DNA from: Eledone cirrhosa
Taxonomy: Eukaryota
DNA length: 64,000 nucleotides
NCBI GenBank assembly: GCA_964016885.1
Contig: OZ024742.1
Span: 75,454,001-75,518,000, forward strand
Reading direction: 5' to 3'
Shown here: positions 40,392 through 53,111 of the stretch, piece after piece
Position numbering within the stretch: the stretch's first letter is position 1
How the letters are laid out: each line of letters opens with the position of its first letter
Made by a program: the position numbers and the translations under genes
The notes under the pieces: model-generated
What the model was told of the DNA's origin: nothing
Databases searched by the model: none
The model's input: the letters and a program-made list of their open reading frames with translations, nothing else

Positions 40392-40627
40392 ATCTAGCTG
40401 TCGTCTGTTCTACAATGTGGATGTAATTCACTTCGCGCAGAAGTTTTGTTCAAATTTATTGCGGAAATTTTGTGAGTTCAAATTTAATTTTGATACTATT
40501 GTGTAGCTTGACCCCCCGTCTGACGGTGGGTCAGCTTGACCCCTGTCAGACGGTGGGTCAGCTCATCTTTACCCCTCCTAGAGGTGAAAAACCTGTTTTT
40601 TTAAATTTTGTGGCAAAAAAAAAAAAA

Positions 40628-42557
40628 TGTTCAATCATCTGACAGAAATGTTAAACGAAGCGAACGAAAATAGTGGTGGGGGGACAGCGGTAAGAGTTGT
40701 AAGCTCGCACGCTTTAGTCCCGCCCCCCCTTCCTTCCCAACTAACGTCATAGAGAAGGAAGGAAAAAAAAACAAAAAAACAGACGAATCTGCGGAGAAAA
40801 ATGACGAAAACACAAATCTGGACATGGATTCCAACAACGAAAAAAAAAAATTTGAAATATTGCATGACAATATTAATACCACAAACAAAGACACATCAAA
40901 CACAAAAATAACATTTGAAAACAACATCATAACAGAAAGCAAAGCAGACGACAGAGTCAACAAGATTTCATTGCACAAACAACAAAGAAATCTTTGACAT
41001 ATATACCCGAAAATATTTCAGATGTGGCACGAAGAATCACAGACGCCAAACAATACATAAGTGAAGGAGAGAATGGTATTTTATCGGTAAAAATGCCTCA
41101 AGAACTCACCAAAGACATTGAAAGTCGAACGGTCGTGTTCCGCACCACCAACAACACTTCAAAAAAACCTGAACAGCCTTCTCAAGCAGATATCAAAACA
41201 GTACTCACAGAAGTACTTAATGAAACCACTTTCATAAGAAAAGACAGACTGTATGGAAGCCTAGCAATTATTATGAAGAACGAATCGGCGGCAAAAAAAT
41301 GTGCTTTGTCACCGATTCGTTCAAAAAATTTTACCTTTTATCCATCTTATATGGGTAAAAGAACTCAACGCATATGGCTGGATGCAATGATGCCAGATGT
41401 GGACTATTGCTGGCTCATAGCTGGCTTCATCGATCCGGTGAATGACAACGTGATTTCCATTGGGAAAACCACAGGCAATGCGTTCAGTGGAACAGGTATA
41501 GAGCTGGTAGTGCAAATGAAGCCTGAACGCATCGCCCAAATACCCGACAGAATCCTATTAGAGGGCCACGGGTATATAAACATTAGCGTGGAGGGGAGAA
41601 GGCCGTCCTGTCATATCTGTGCAGGCAGAGGGCACCTGAAGGCCGCTTGTCCCCAACTCAACAAAAAGAAAACCCTGCTACCAACACCAGCTCCTCCACC
41701 ACCACCACAACAGATAAATAAACAACAAAACTCAGTCCCACCCAACCCGTCCCTCAGTAAAACTACACCACCACCACCACAACACAAACAGTCACAACAC
41801 ATTACCCCAAAACAAAATACAGGCCCACCCAACCCCTCACTCAATAAAACAACACAACCACCGCAGACACAACACACAACACAGTCTAACATAGTGACAT
41901 CCATCTCCCCCACAAAGAAAACCAACACGGAAACATTACCAGCAAACATACCTCTTCCCTCCAACACTGAAGATAACACAACGAATTCGGAGGAAGAAAC
42001 GGAGTCTTTCAGACAGATTAAAAGGAAAAAAAAAACATGTGCAAAACACACAAGGCCAAACAACCCCCACCCAAATGTCAACACAATCCAACAAAACAGA
42101 AAACACCCCTCCAGCAACAAACAAAACAAAACCTGCCCCTCCCCTCTTCGAAACACTCACACCATCCGAAAAAAAGACATTACACTATACTTACATCAAC
42201 AGAAACAATAATAAATTAAATGAACTCATAAACAATAATCCTTCGGTACAAACCGAAGGTGTAAACTTTGTTTCTTCAGAAAACTACCCACATTTAAAAT
42301 TAATAAAGATCCCAATGAACCTCTACCAAAAACTAAAAAAGGATTTTAAGGAGGACGTAGGACCACCCTCTGTCAAACCCATAAACCGCGTCCTACTAAA
42401 AAGGTTTCCCCCTCCCCTTCCCCTCCCCAACACAACCTCAAACACCCCAACCACACCACACACTGACGACCCCACACCACCACAAGACACCCCTTCACCC
42501 AACACCCCCGACCCCATTGAAGTCGTGCGACCCGAACCCCGGGAAGCGGAAAGGTAG
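40628..42557 (+). pseudogene. Tx1-C ORF1 with CCHC knuckle, disrupted (start approximate)
   Basis: YPSYMGKRT, CHICAGRGHLKAAC, C-terminal F.EDVGPP.VKP motif shared with B. Confidence 0.78.
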
Positions 42558-42590
42558 GTCTCTACACTCTCCTTTGGCTCTGCCGCCCAC

Positions 42591-45500
42591 ATGGATGTGT
42601 TAAGAGTAGGATGTTTGAATGCACGTGGCCTGGGCTCAACTTGGAAGCAAGCAAAGCTTCTAAATGACCGCAGGTCATGTGGTATAAATGTAATGGTTAT
42701 CTGTGAGACTCGGATCAGCGTCGTGCAGCAGCTGGCCCCTACCTTCGATGACTTTGAGGTGCATGCATCTCTCTGTCAACCTGGAGGTGGGGGTGGGGTT
42801 GTCGTACTGCTGCAAAAACACCTGGGTCTTGCCGTACAGGTTGTGCACTCGGACCCGGAGGGTCGTTTGTTGGTGCTAGACGTTGGCAGTAGTGAAGGTG
42901 CGGCCTTAAGACTGGTCGCCGTCTACTCCCCTTTCGGAGCTGAACGGCCGACTTCTTCCAGCGTTTAGAGACTTTTCTGGGAACGTCGCGTTCCCTGCTT
43001 CTAGCGGGGGACTGGAATGACATCCTAGATCCACGTTGGGACTATGCAGGAGCATGTCCTAATAGAGGGGGTTGTAACAGCCTCAAGGGGATACTCGACC
43101 GTTTTAACTTGGTCGATAGATATCGACTAGATTTTCCAACTGTGCCTACCTGGACTTGGAGAAACCACAGTGGTAATCTAGATCGTACTTAGATAGATTC
43201 TTAGTTAGAAGTAAGGATAGGGACATATTAAGCTGTCCAGAAATGCGCACGGTTGGCTACACGGATTACAAATTAGTGACCTGCGTAGTTAATCTCGAGA
43301 AAACACATAAACAGGGTCCCGGTTACTGGAAACTTAATTTGTCTTTACCGGCAAAAGAGACTTACAGAAACCGGATTAGCAGATTAGTTAAGGAGAGGTT
43401 GACGGGTGCAATCGTCAACAACCGATGGTGGGCATCTCTCAAAAGAGAGATTAAAACAGAATCAATAAGTTATAGCAAGATCTTAGCTGCCGATAGGAAT
43501 AGAAACGAGAAAGAATTAACAGGTAAATTAGAAGAGGCAATCAAGAGCGAAGATGTGGCCAGAGTGCTGGCATCGAGGACGGCCTTGAACCAGTTTTTCG
43601 ATGCAAAGCATGAAGGCTGCGTCATTCGAAGTAAAATATGTGCTCTAGGTAATGAGGGGGCCAAAGCCGTTGGCTGGGCCCGCGTGACATAAGCTAAGAG
43701 TGTAAATCGATCCACCATCCGATCGTTGCAAGACGAAGATGGACAGGTGATCCGGGAGCCTAAGCAGATGTGCGAGGCCTTTCAAAGGCACTTTGCCCGA
43801 TTGTTCGGGGAGGCGAGGGTCCGGGCGGATTTCGGTCCATACCTCGACGGCCTGCCGCGTCTCTCGAGCGAAGAGGCAGAGTCCTGCGAGGGACCAATCT
43901 CGGCTGATGAGATCGGGGATGCGCTGAGCCAATGCAGCAGACGAAAATCTCCAGGTCTCGATGGTATACCTTACGAACTTTATTTAGCAATGCCGGTCTT
44001 CTTCTCCGAACTCCTCGAAGCGGTCTACTGCAATTGACAGCAGAACGGGAGAATTCCTTGTTCTGTAGCCAAGGGCGTAGTCACGCTGGTGAGGAAGGCC
44101 GAGAACAAGGGAGATAGTATAAATAATTTTCTGCCCATAACCCTGCTAAACACAGAGTTAAAGATTTTGGCCAAGGCGTTAGTAAAGAGGTTGGCGCTTG
44201 TCGTGGGTGGCCTGGTGGGAGATGCGCAGACATGTGCTATCCCATCCAGGTCCATTCACGATAACCTCCACCTCATGCGATACATCATAGAGAGGGTTGG
44301 CAACAAACCCGGCTTCGGTGGGGCCCTGATCAACTTGGATCAGTCTAAGGCCTTCGATAGGGTCGACCATGGTTACCTGGATGCGGTGCTAGCGGCGGCT
44401 GGGTTCGGTCCTGTTTTCAGAGGCTGGATCACTGCCTTACATAGCAACCACATCTGTTCTAGGATCAAGGTGAACGGCTACCTTTCGAAGCCGTTCGAAA
44501 TCACACGATCCATTCGACAGGGGTGCCCTCTCTCATCCCTTCTGTACGTATTGACTCTCGAGCCTTTACTGAGGAAGTTGGAGTTGTTGCAGGGTATCCC
44601 CCTGGAACCAGGATTGAGCAAAGCGGTGTCGGCCTACGCCGATGATGTAACAGTAATGGTATCGACCGACTCGGAGATCGAGACGATCGGTACCTTACTG
44701 GAGGATTACTAAAGGTTGTCAGAAGCGAAACTGAACCGGGAAAAATCCATCGGGCTGCAACTCGGAACGTGGAGAGGCAGGCCGATGCCTCCCGACGGTG
44801 TCGTCGGACACTGGGCGGAGGGCCCGGTAAAGTTGCTTGGGGTCTGGTTTGGACCGGACCTCCAGGTGGAAAAGAACTGGAACGAGGTTACGAACAAGGC
44901 GTTTGCACTAACCCAGAAATGGGCTAAGTGTAAGCTGTCCCTAAAAGGCCGGGCGGAGGTGGCGAACATTTACATAGCGTCCGTCACTTACTACCGCCTG
45001 ACTGTCGTGCCTTGCCCTAAGGAAACATTCACCACCATGGAACGCATGCTCTTCCAATTTCTTTGGAAGAAGCGCCCTCCTATGGTGAGAAGATCCATCT
45101 GCTGCCAACAACCTTCGGAGGGCTGGGGATGCCGTGGTTGATGATGCGTAGGCACGCATTAAGGCTACGGCACCTACAGGTATTCCTCACTGGTCAACCG
45201 GTGTGGGCTCCGTTCGTGAAACGAACCTTTCCGAGACTCGTCTCGCTCACCGAGCTACAGTCCTGGGTCAAGCAAAGATCCGGAAAACTGGGAGACTGGC
45301 ACACTGAGTGTGCTCAGGCGCTCAGGGCTCTCTGGCAAGCGGGCCAGGCCATCGGTGGAGAATCCACCTCATCATTCTATAGAGGGCTGGTGGCTAGCAG
45401 GGGCGATGACACCCTTGGAGAGTCGCTGGACATGGAAGAAGACGAACTGGCCAGCCCGTTCGGTAGGAGTTTCGGCCCAGGACCAATGGACAACTTCCAG

Positions 45501-46014
45501 AAGTCACTGGCCTGACAGTGCTACCGAGGGGCTCTACCCGTTCGAGAGAGGCTCTACAGACACGGGCGCCCTGGCAGGGATCCCTCAAAAAAGATTTGCC
45601 CTAGATGCGTGCGTCACGAAGAAACCGTTGCGCACGCATTGGTGCAATGTCCGGGCGTGGCTGATCTGTGGGGCTACGCCGCACGACTGATGTCGCGAGT
45701 GGCGCCGATTCAATTGACCGCCGAGTCCGTGATGACGATCAAACCGCCTCCCCTCTTCACAAAGGAAGCAAAGGCCGTTTTTCTGTGCGTAATATCCATG
45801 TTGAAAGAGGTTGTTTGGTGGACACGATTGAAAGGTCTGAGGTCAGGCAACTTCCTCTCTGGCCATAGTCTGGTCTACTTCTTCCAATATCACTTCGGAA
45901 GAAGGATAAGAATGGAGAGAGAGGTGCTTGGCCACAGGCAGTTTTATGAAAGGTGGGTGATAGTGGCGAGAATGGCTCGTGTTAAATGGGCCTTCCCTGT
46001 ATACCATCCTGTAG
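42591..46014 (+). pseudogene. Tx1-C ORF2 APE-RT-CCHC, disrupted
   Basis: LNARGL, PGYWKLN, LDQSKAFD, IRQGCPLS, YADD, CPRC..H...C. Confidence 0.92.
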
Positions 46015-46227
46015 GTAAATAAGTAAAGGAGAGGGGAGCACCTTCTCCATGTGCTCCCCGGGCAAAGGATTGCACACTTTTTCGGGGGTGTGTGCAACCC
46101 CCATCACGTCCCCTCCCTTTTGAGGTTATTTTCGATTATTTACATTTTATACCCTTTTTACTCGATTGTATGTAAACTCCCCCTTTGTATTTGTCCCTTC
46201 TTTTTATGCCTTTATGGTAAATAAAGA

Positions 46228-46580
<353 letters not shown>

Positions 46581-46582
46581 AA

Positions 46583-47060
46583 ATTTCACAATAATCAAAT
46601 CTATGTTCAAAACATTTTATTGCTGACAATCGTTCCTTCCAAACTTTCGTTTGGGATCATCGGAGCACTAGCAAAGTTTGGACATATAATTAACTTCCTA
46701 TTCAACTGAACAATCATATAACATGGATATTAATGTTGTCATCAACAGTTTCATATTTACAGAGTGGAATGGATGTGACAGAGATTACAAGAGAATTGTA
46801 TAATAATAAAAGAGGCACTGAGTGGAATGCATATGACAGAGATTACCATAGAATAGTATAATAATTAAAGAGGCATTAAGGCCAACTGCTAATGTCCTCG
46901 TTTTACGAGTAACTTTCTACCTTAATGCATCTTTAATTATTATACTATTCTCTTGTAATCTCTGTCACATGCATTCCACTCTAAAATGTTTTGAACATAG
47001 TTTTTATTATTGTGTAATTTATATTCCTGCTCTGTAAAATATCTGATGTATTTACATGGA
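46583..47060. mobile_element. Rearranged fold-back PLE pLTR-like element with a variant HHR (minus strand, 46621-46667)
   Basis: Inverted segments 46583-46618/46983-47020 and 46820-46880/46920-46982, an internal ~58-bp tandem duplication, and homology to 59420-59670. Confidence 0.6.
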
Positions 47061-47158
47061 ACTATTTTTCTTACTGTTAATAAGGTAGTAAGGAATTAGT
47101 GACCTTTCCTGTTTATAGTTGTATATAGTGTATATATAACTATAAATATTAATATTAT

Positions 47159-47238
<80 letters not shown>

Positions 47239-47243
<5 letters not shown>

Positions 47244-47432
47244 AGTAAGTAAGACCCCGACGGCTGAGCTCAAGCCGTTTCGACGGCTAATTCTGTACAG
47301 AATTAGCCGTCGAAACGGCTTGAGCTCAGCCGTCGGGGTCTTACTTACTCCTATTACCCACTCTACTACCCTAAGTATTGAGTACTTTGGTGCGTTATTG
47401 TCCACCTGGTTCCTTACCACTTCTCCTTGGCT
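47239..47432 (+). mobile_element. Short element consisting of a perfect 116-bp palindrome (47239-47354) plus an ~80-bp tail, in (TA)n
   Basis: Base-by-base symmetry around CTGT|ACAG (47296/47297); second copy at 56530-56696. Confidence 0.85.
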
Positions 47433-47523
47433 ATATATATGTCTTTATTTGTTAATTTTTCATTCGCACCGTTTCCTTTCGCTATATGTCTCTCCACCAC
47501 TCCCCTACACACCTTTTGAACTC

Positions 47524-47558
47524 TCACCCGAAGAAGGGCTTATGCCCGAAACGTCGTC
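47524..47558 (+). ncRNA. Minimal type I hammerhead motif in the 5' pLTR (CCGAAGA variant)
   Basis: CCGAAGA-A-GGGC-TTAT-GCCC-GAAAC-GTC. Confidence 0.6.
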
Positions 47559-48125
47559 CCCCACCTACCCCCCACTCTCCTGAGCGTGAATTTAATAAAC
47601 ATTTATCGTACTGCCTCTCTGTTCTGTCACTGTTCAATTTTTCATTATACATAACACACGCTCACACGGCCTCCATCCTTGGAACTTAACTTAACAACCG
47701 GCTCAACCCCGATCTAATCCGCCGTGACCTTTCTCCGAACTTTACACACCTTCCCACACTTTGTCTTTCCTTCCACGCATTACCTCTGTTTGATTTTGTT
47801 ACCGTACCCCTTTTTTTTCCGTATATGATTCTTTGTCTGTGTTCTTACAATTGTATTTCTATGATTTTTCGTTCACGATCGCCTGTGTCATTACCTTTAT
47901 GATATTTCTATGATTTTTTGTTCACGATCGCCTGTGTTATTACCTTTATGATTTTTTGTCTTTAATTTTCCGGTGTTTACTCCCCCCCCCCCCTCCCTAC
48001 GTTTTTCTGGTTCTTTTTCCCTTCCCCGTCTCTGCCTATCCTTCGCACTCACCCCTTCGTTCACTCCACCCCGCTTCACACCCCCGCCCTCTCATCCCTC
48101 CCCCTGCTTTCACCCAACGCCCATC

Positions 48126-50913
48126 ATGGCCAACCTGAGATCCTTTCTCCACCAACTCCACAATCGCCTCAAACTTTTCCCCACCCCCTCCTTCCACCCT
48201 GCTATCGCCCCTCCGCCCTTCAACTCTCCTACCTTCTCTTCGCCAAAACCCGGCACTCCAGCCACATCCATTTCCTCAGCCACTGCCTCCGCCTCCACCT
48301 TATCCCCCTTGGCTTCCGTCTACACTTCCACCCCTCCCCCGCTGCTTCCCCCTCCGCGCAACGTATCCTCACCCGATCCTCACGCCTTCTGATGCGCAAC
48401 TCCATCCGCGCCTCCCGTTCCACCCTCCGCCTACTTGACCACCAACTGACCCCCACCCTCCTCCGCCTTTACTCCACCTGCCACCCCCTCCTCGCCCAAG
48501 CCATCCTCTCCTTCATCCACAACCTCAACCACATCCTCTTCTCGTTCCTCAGCTCCACCAAAGCCCGGAAGCTACACTCCCCCCCCCCCCCCCCCCCCAC
48601 CGCCCATCCCCATACGCCCACCACACCCCACCTCTCCCCCGACCCCACCCCCACCCAATCTCCACCCCTCACCAAACCCTCCATTCCCTCCCCAAACACC
48701 CAAACCCCACCCCTTGTTGTCACCATACCCCCTGACCTCCCCCTCTCCGCACCTGAGCGCTCACTCCTTAGTAGAGGCCTTCGCTTCATACCCCACACTC
48801 CGCTCAGCGACGAGTTCCGCACCCGAACGGAAGTCGAGCGATTCGTGCGACGCACTAAGCTACAGGCACATTTCAGCCGAACGCCACCGGCTCCGGACGC
48901 CCCAGACCCGTTTCTCGCCCTGGGCCGACGACCATCTTCTTGGACGCCGGCCCCAGGGCAATTTAGCATCCTGGACGCCTTCGTCGATGCCAGCCGTAGC
49001 GCAGTAAATCGTTTCGACTTCCGCCACCGTTCCAAACGGCACAACATCTCACGGGGCGAACTCCTCGCTCTCCGCTCCCTCCGTAGCCGAGATGACATCG
49101 TCATCAAACCGGCGGACAAGGGAGGCGCCGTGGTGGTATGGCGTGCGGACCTCTACACTGCCGAAGCCCTCAGGCAGCTCTGTAACCCCTTCTTTTACCG
49201 CCCTCTACCCTCCGATCCCACCCCCCTCTACCAACAACAAGTCTCCTCCACCATCAAAGACCTTATCGCCTCCTCCCTCCTCCCCCCCACCGCTTCCCAC
49301 CTCATCGTCCGCACACCCCGCACCCCCACCATCTACTTCCTCCCCAAACTCCACAAACCCGACAACCCCGGCCGCCCCATCGTCTCCGCTTGCAACTGCC
49401 ACACCGAACTCATCTCCGCCTTTCTCGACTCCCTCCTCGCCCCCCTTGTCACCACCCTCCCCTCCCACATCTCTGACACCAACCACGCCCTGCGCCTTTT
49501 CGACTCCTTCACCTACCTACCCGGCCCTCAGCCATTCCTCTTCACCCTAGACATCAAGTCCCTCTATACCGTCATCCCCCACGCCGACGGCCTTCGCGCC
49601 CTCAAACACTACTTCGACCTTCGCCCCTCCCCCATTCCTTCCACCCCCACCCTCCTTCGCCTCGCCGAGCTGGTCCTCACCCTAAATTGTTTCTCCTTCT
49701 CGGGTGAGTTTTACTAACAGGTCACGGGGGTAGCCATGGGCACAAGAATGGGCCCGAACTATGCCAACCTTTTTGTTGGCCATGTTGAGGCCCAAATCTT
49801 TGCCCAGTACACCGGCCCCACGCCCGAACTGTACGGTCGTTACATTGACGACTGTATCGGAGCCACGACCCTCACCCGAATACAGCTCGACTCCTTTCTC
49901 TCCTTCTTCTGCTCCTTCCACCCCTCCCTCCACTTCACCACCTCTATCTCCACCACCCACGTCCACTTCTTGGACATCTCCGTCGCCTTCGACCCCTCCC
50001 ACCACTCCCTCGTCACCTCCGCCTTCTTCAAACCCACCGACTCCCACTCTTACCTCGACCTCACCTCTTCCCACCCCACCCACACTAAACTCTCCATTCC
50101 CTACTCCCATCTTCTCAGGATCCGCCGCCTCTGTAGCCGAGATGCTGACTTCGAGTCCCAGGCCCTTTCCCTAGTCAGCCATTTCATCCGCAGAGGTTAC
50201 CCCCCCTCTCTCGTCCACACCGCTCTCACCCGCGCCCGTGCTATCCCCCGCTCCACCACCCTCACCCCACGCCACCGCACACCGACCCACCGTCTCCCCT
50301 TTCCCATCACCTACCACCCCTCCACCGCACCCCTCCACCGCACCATCCGCCGCCTCTTCCGACACCTCCAGTCCGACCCCTCCACCTCCCACATCTTCCC
50401 AACCCCACCACTCCCCTCCTTCAAACGCGCACGCAATCTCCGCACCCTCCTCGTCCACAGCTCCCTACCCCCAACCCACACTCCGTTTCCCCCCCAGGTT
50501 CCTTCCCCTGTTCTAGGCCCCGCTGCAACACCTGTCCCCACATCACCAACACCACCACCTTCCAGGGTCCCAACGGCCACCCTCTCTCGGTCCGGCATGC
50601 CTTCCGCTGCACCTCCTCCAACCTAGTCTACGGACTTCGTTGCACGAGGTGCAGCGCGACTTATGTCGGACAGACGGGACGCTGCCTGGTGGACCGAGTC
50701 ACGGAGCACCTCCAGGACATTCGTCTCGGGGGCAGTTCCCCCATCGCCCGCCACTTTGGTGGCCCTGGACACTCCGCACGCCATCTCACAGTCTGTGGCC
50801 TACTCCAGTGCCACGGAACACCCGCCCATCGCCTTACGGTCGAACAACGCACTATCTTCATCTTACAGACCCACACTCCCCCCGGCCTGAACTCCCCACC
50901 CTTATTCCTTTAG
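48126..50913 (+). pseudogene. PLE RT plus GIY-YIG endonuclease ORF, a few disruptions
   Basis: IKPADKGG, LPKLHK..PGRPIVS, LDIKSLYT, GVAMG, RYIDD, FLD, KPTDSH.YL, then NLVYGLRCTRC..YVGQT..R..EH. Stop at 49715-49717 and frameshifts near 48.2-48.4 kb and 50.5 kb. Confidence 0.9.
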
Positions 50914-52230
50914 CGTTCGACCGCCCCCCCCCCCCACTTATCCCCCACAAACACCACTAACACACCCCTTCTTTTCACCGCCCACCCCACACTAACAATA
51001 CTAACACCTCCACTCCACCCCTCATCTGACCACCCTTCCCCAACTAACATACTAACATCCCTTCCCTCCCCTCTTCTCCTCCTCCCCCTCCTTATCACAC
51101 GCACACACGCACCCACCCCACACGCAACTAACATCACTAACACCCTCCAACCCCACGCACACGTACCCACACACCCTCGTACACCACCAACTCTACACAC
51201 CCTACCCCCACTCACACCTGCATTCCACCCCTCCCCACCTCCCGTCTACTAACACCCACTAACACCTCCTCACCAAACTACACACACACCAGTACACCAC
51301 ACTCCCTCCATAGAACCACACACACCCTTCTCTCCCCACTTCACACTCACTCATCCCACTAACACCCCTACTAATACACACACACACACACACACCCTCC
51401 TCACTCCAACTCTCACACCTACCCATCCTCGCCTCCCTACCATTCCGCCGACTGCTGCTATGCCCTTCCGACCACTGTCTCAGCACCAACTGACCACAGC
51501 ACTTCCACTGCTGACCACTTCCTGTTGCGCGCGCACCCCACATCTCTCCTCTTCCGACCACCGCTTCTTGGATTACCCACACGCGTTTTGACTTCCAACC
51601 AAAATCTCCATACATCCGTGTAACTTACCACTTTCAACCATCCTCTTACACCATCACGTATATAACTCACCCACACACACACACACCAAAACAATTTTTT
51701 TTATCCACACGCCACCCACACCCACAACACGCTTAAACCACACACACGTGCTTCCCACCACATATTTACACCCTCAGCCCCCTGATTCCTCTCCCCCCAC
51801 CCCCTATCCACACACGCACAGACCCTCCGACCCACAAAAACACCACCCACACACACCTTCCTGAACATGCAACCCCGTTCTTCCCCCAACCCTCACTTTC
51901 ACATACACACACACACACACACACGCACACCTAACCACACACACCACCTTCAGCCCTCCCCGCTCGGACACCCCGTCTCCCTCACCCCACTCCATCCGCC
52001 ATCACCTCTACTCACCCCACACCCTTTCAGCACCTGTTTACCCCCCTTTTAATTTCAGTTTATTTTGATCATGCCTTTATTTTTAAATTTTCTCATTCCT
52101 TGTATTTTGGTCATGCTTTATTTTTATTTATTATTTATTATATTTTTGTCTTTATTTGTTAATTTTTCATTCGCACCGTTTCCTTTCGCTATATGTCTCT
52201 CCACCACTCCCCTACACACCTTTCGAACTC

Positions 52231-52265
52231 TCACCTGAAGAAGGGATTATGCCCGAAACGTCGTC
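52231..52265 (+). ncRNA. Minimal type I hammerhead motif in the 3' pLTR
   Basis: CTGAAGA-A-GGG-ATTATG-CCC-GAAAC-GTC; stem I weak. Confidence 0.65.
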
Positions 52266-52350
52266 CCCCACCTACCCCCCACTCTCCTGAGCGTGAATTT
52301 AATAAACATTTATCGTACTGCCTCTCTGTTCTGTCCCTGTTCAATTTTTC

Positions 52351-52418
<68 letters not shown>

Positions 52419-52563
52419 AATTAAAATACTAGAGTGTGTTGGAGTTAAACACCCTCTTCATATTATAGAAATGATAGTAAAGGTATAGCTCAATGTAATT
52501 AAACAGAGCCGAAAAATTAAGAAATAAACCAAAGAAGCCTTCAATACATCAAAAGTCTTTATT

Positions 52564-52604
52564 AGCCAACAATGTTTCGTCCTATTAAGGACTCATCAGG
52601 GCAA
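52564..52604 (-). ncRNA. Type I hammerhead ribozyme, intact core
   Basis: Minus strand GCC-CTGATGA-GTCCT-TAAT-AGGAC-GAAAC-ATT-GTT-GGC. Confidence 0.8.
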
Positions 52605-53080
52605 GTAAAGCTATAAGAAGCACTATCGGCCAATACAAGCCAAAAACTCAGAAGAATATGGAGTATACATACATTAAAGCATAGGAAAATTATCAAGTAA
52701 AAATTATCAAGTAAAAATTGCTAAGGAAGTGAATAACATTTGGAACCATATTACAAATATAGTACAATGCAAAAACTAAAGCTAAACACAAGTGGTGATA
52801 TAAAGGGAGAATTACGGTGCTAAATATTATATAATATAATATAATATAATATAATTGATAATGATAATAATAATAATATTAAAAGGCCCAATAAAGATAC
52901 ATATACATATACATATGTACACATATACATATACATATATATATCAATACACATATCCATCTATACAAACCCAAACTAACACCTATTAAGAGTTTAAATA
53001 TAAAAAAAAAAAAAAAAAAAAAAAAAAATTAAAAAAAATAAATAAAAAAAATAAATAAATAAAATAAAAAATAAAATAAA

Positions 53081-53111
<31 letters not shown>

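Larger units (their letters stand above)
47441..52356 (+). mobile_element. Penelope-like element, Neptune type, with direct pseudo-LTRs (47441-47649 and 52148-52356)
   Basis: ~209-bp near-identical direct repeats, each with an HHR motif, flanking an RT plus GIY-YIG ORF with a Cys-rich linker (PCSRPRCNTC). Confidence 0.92.
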
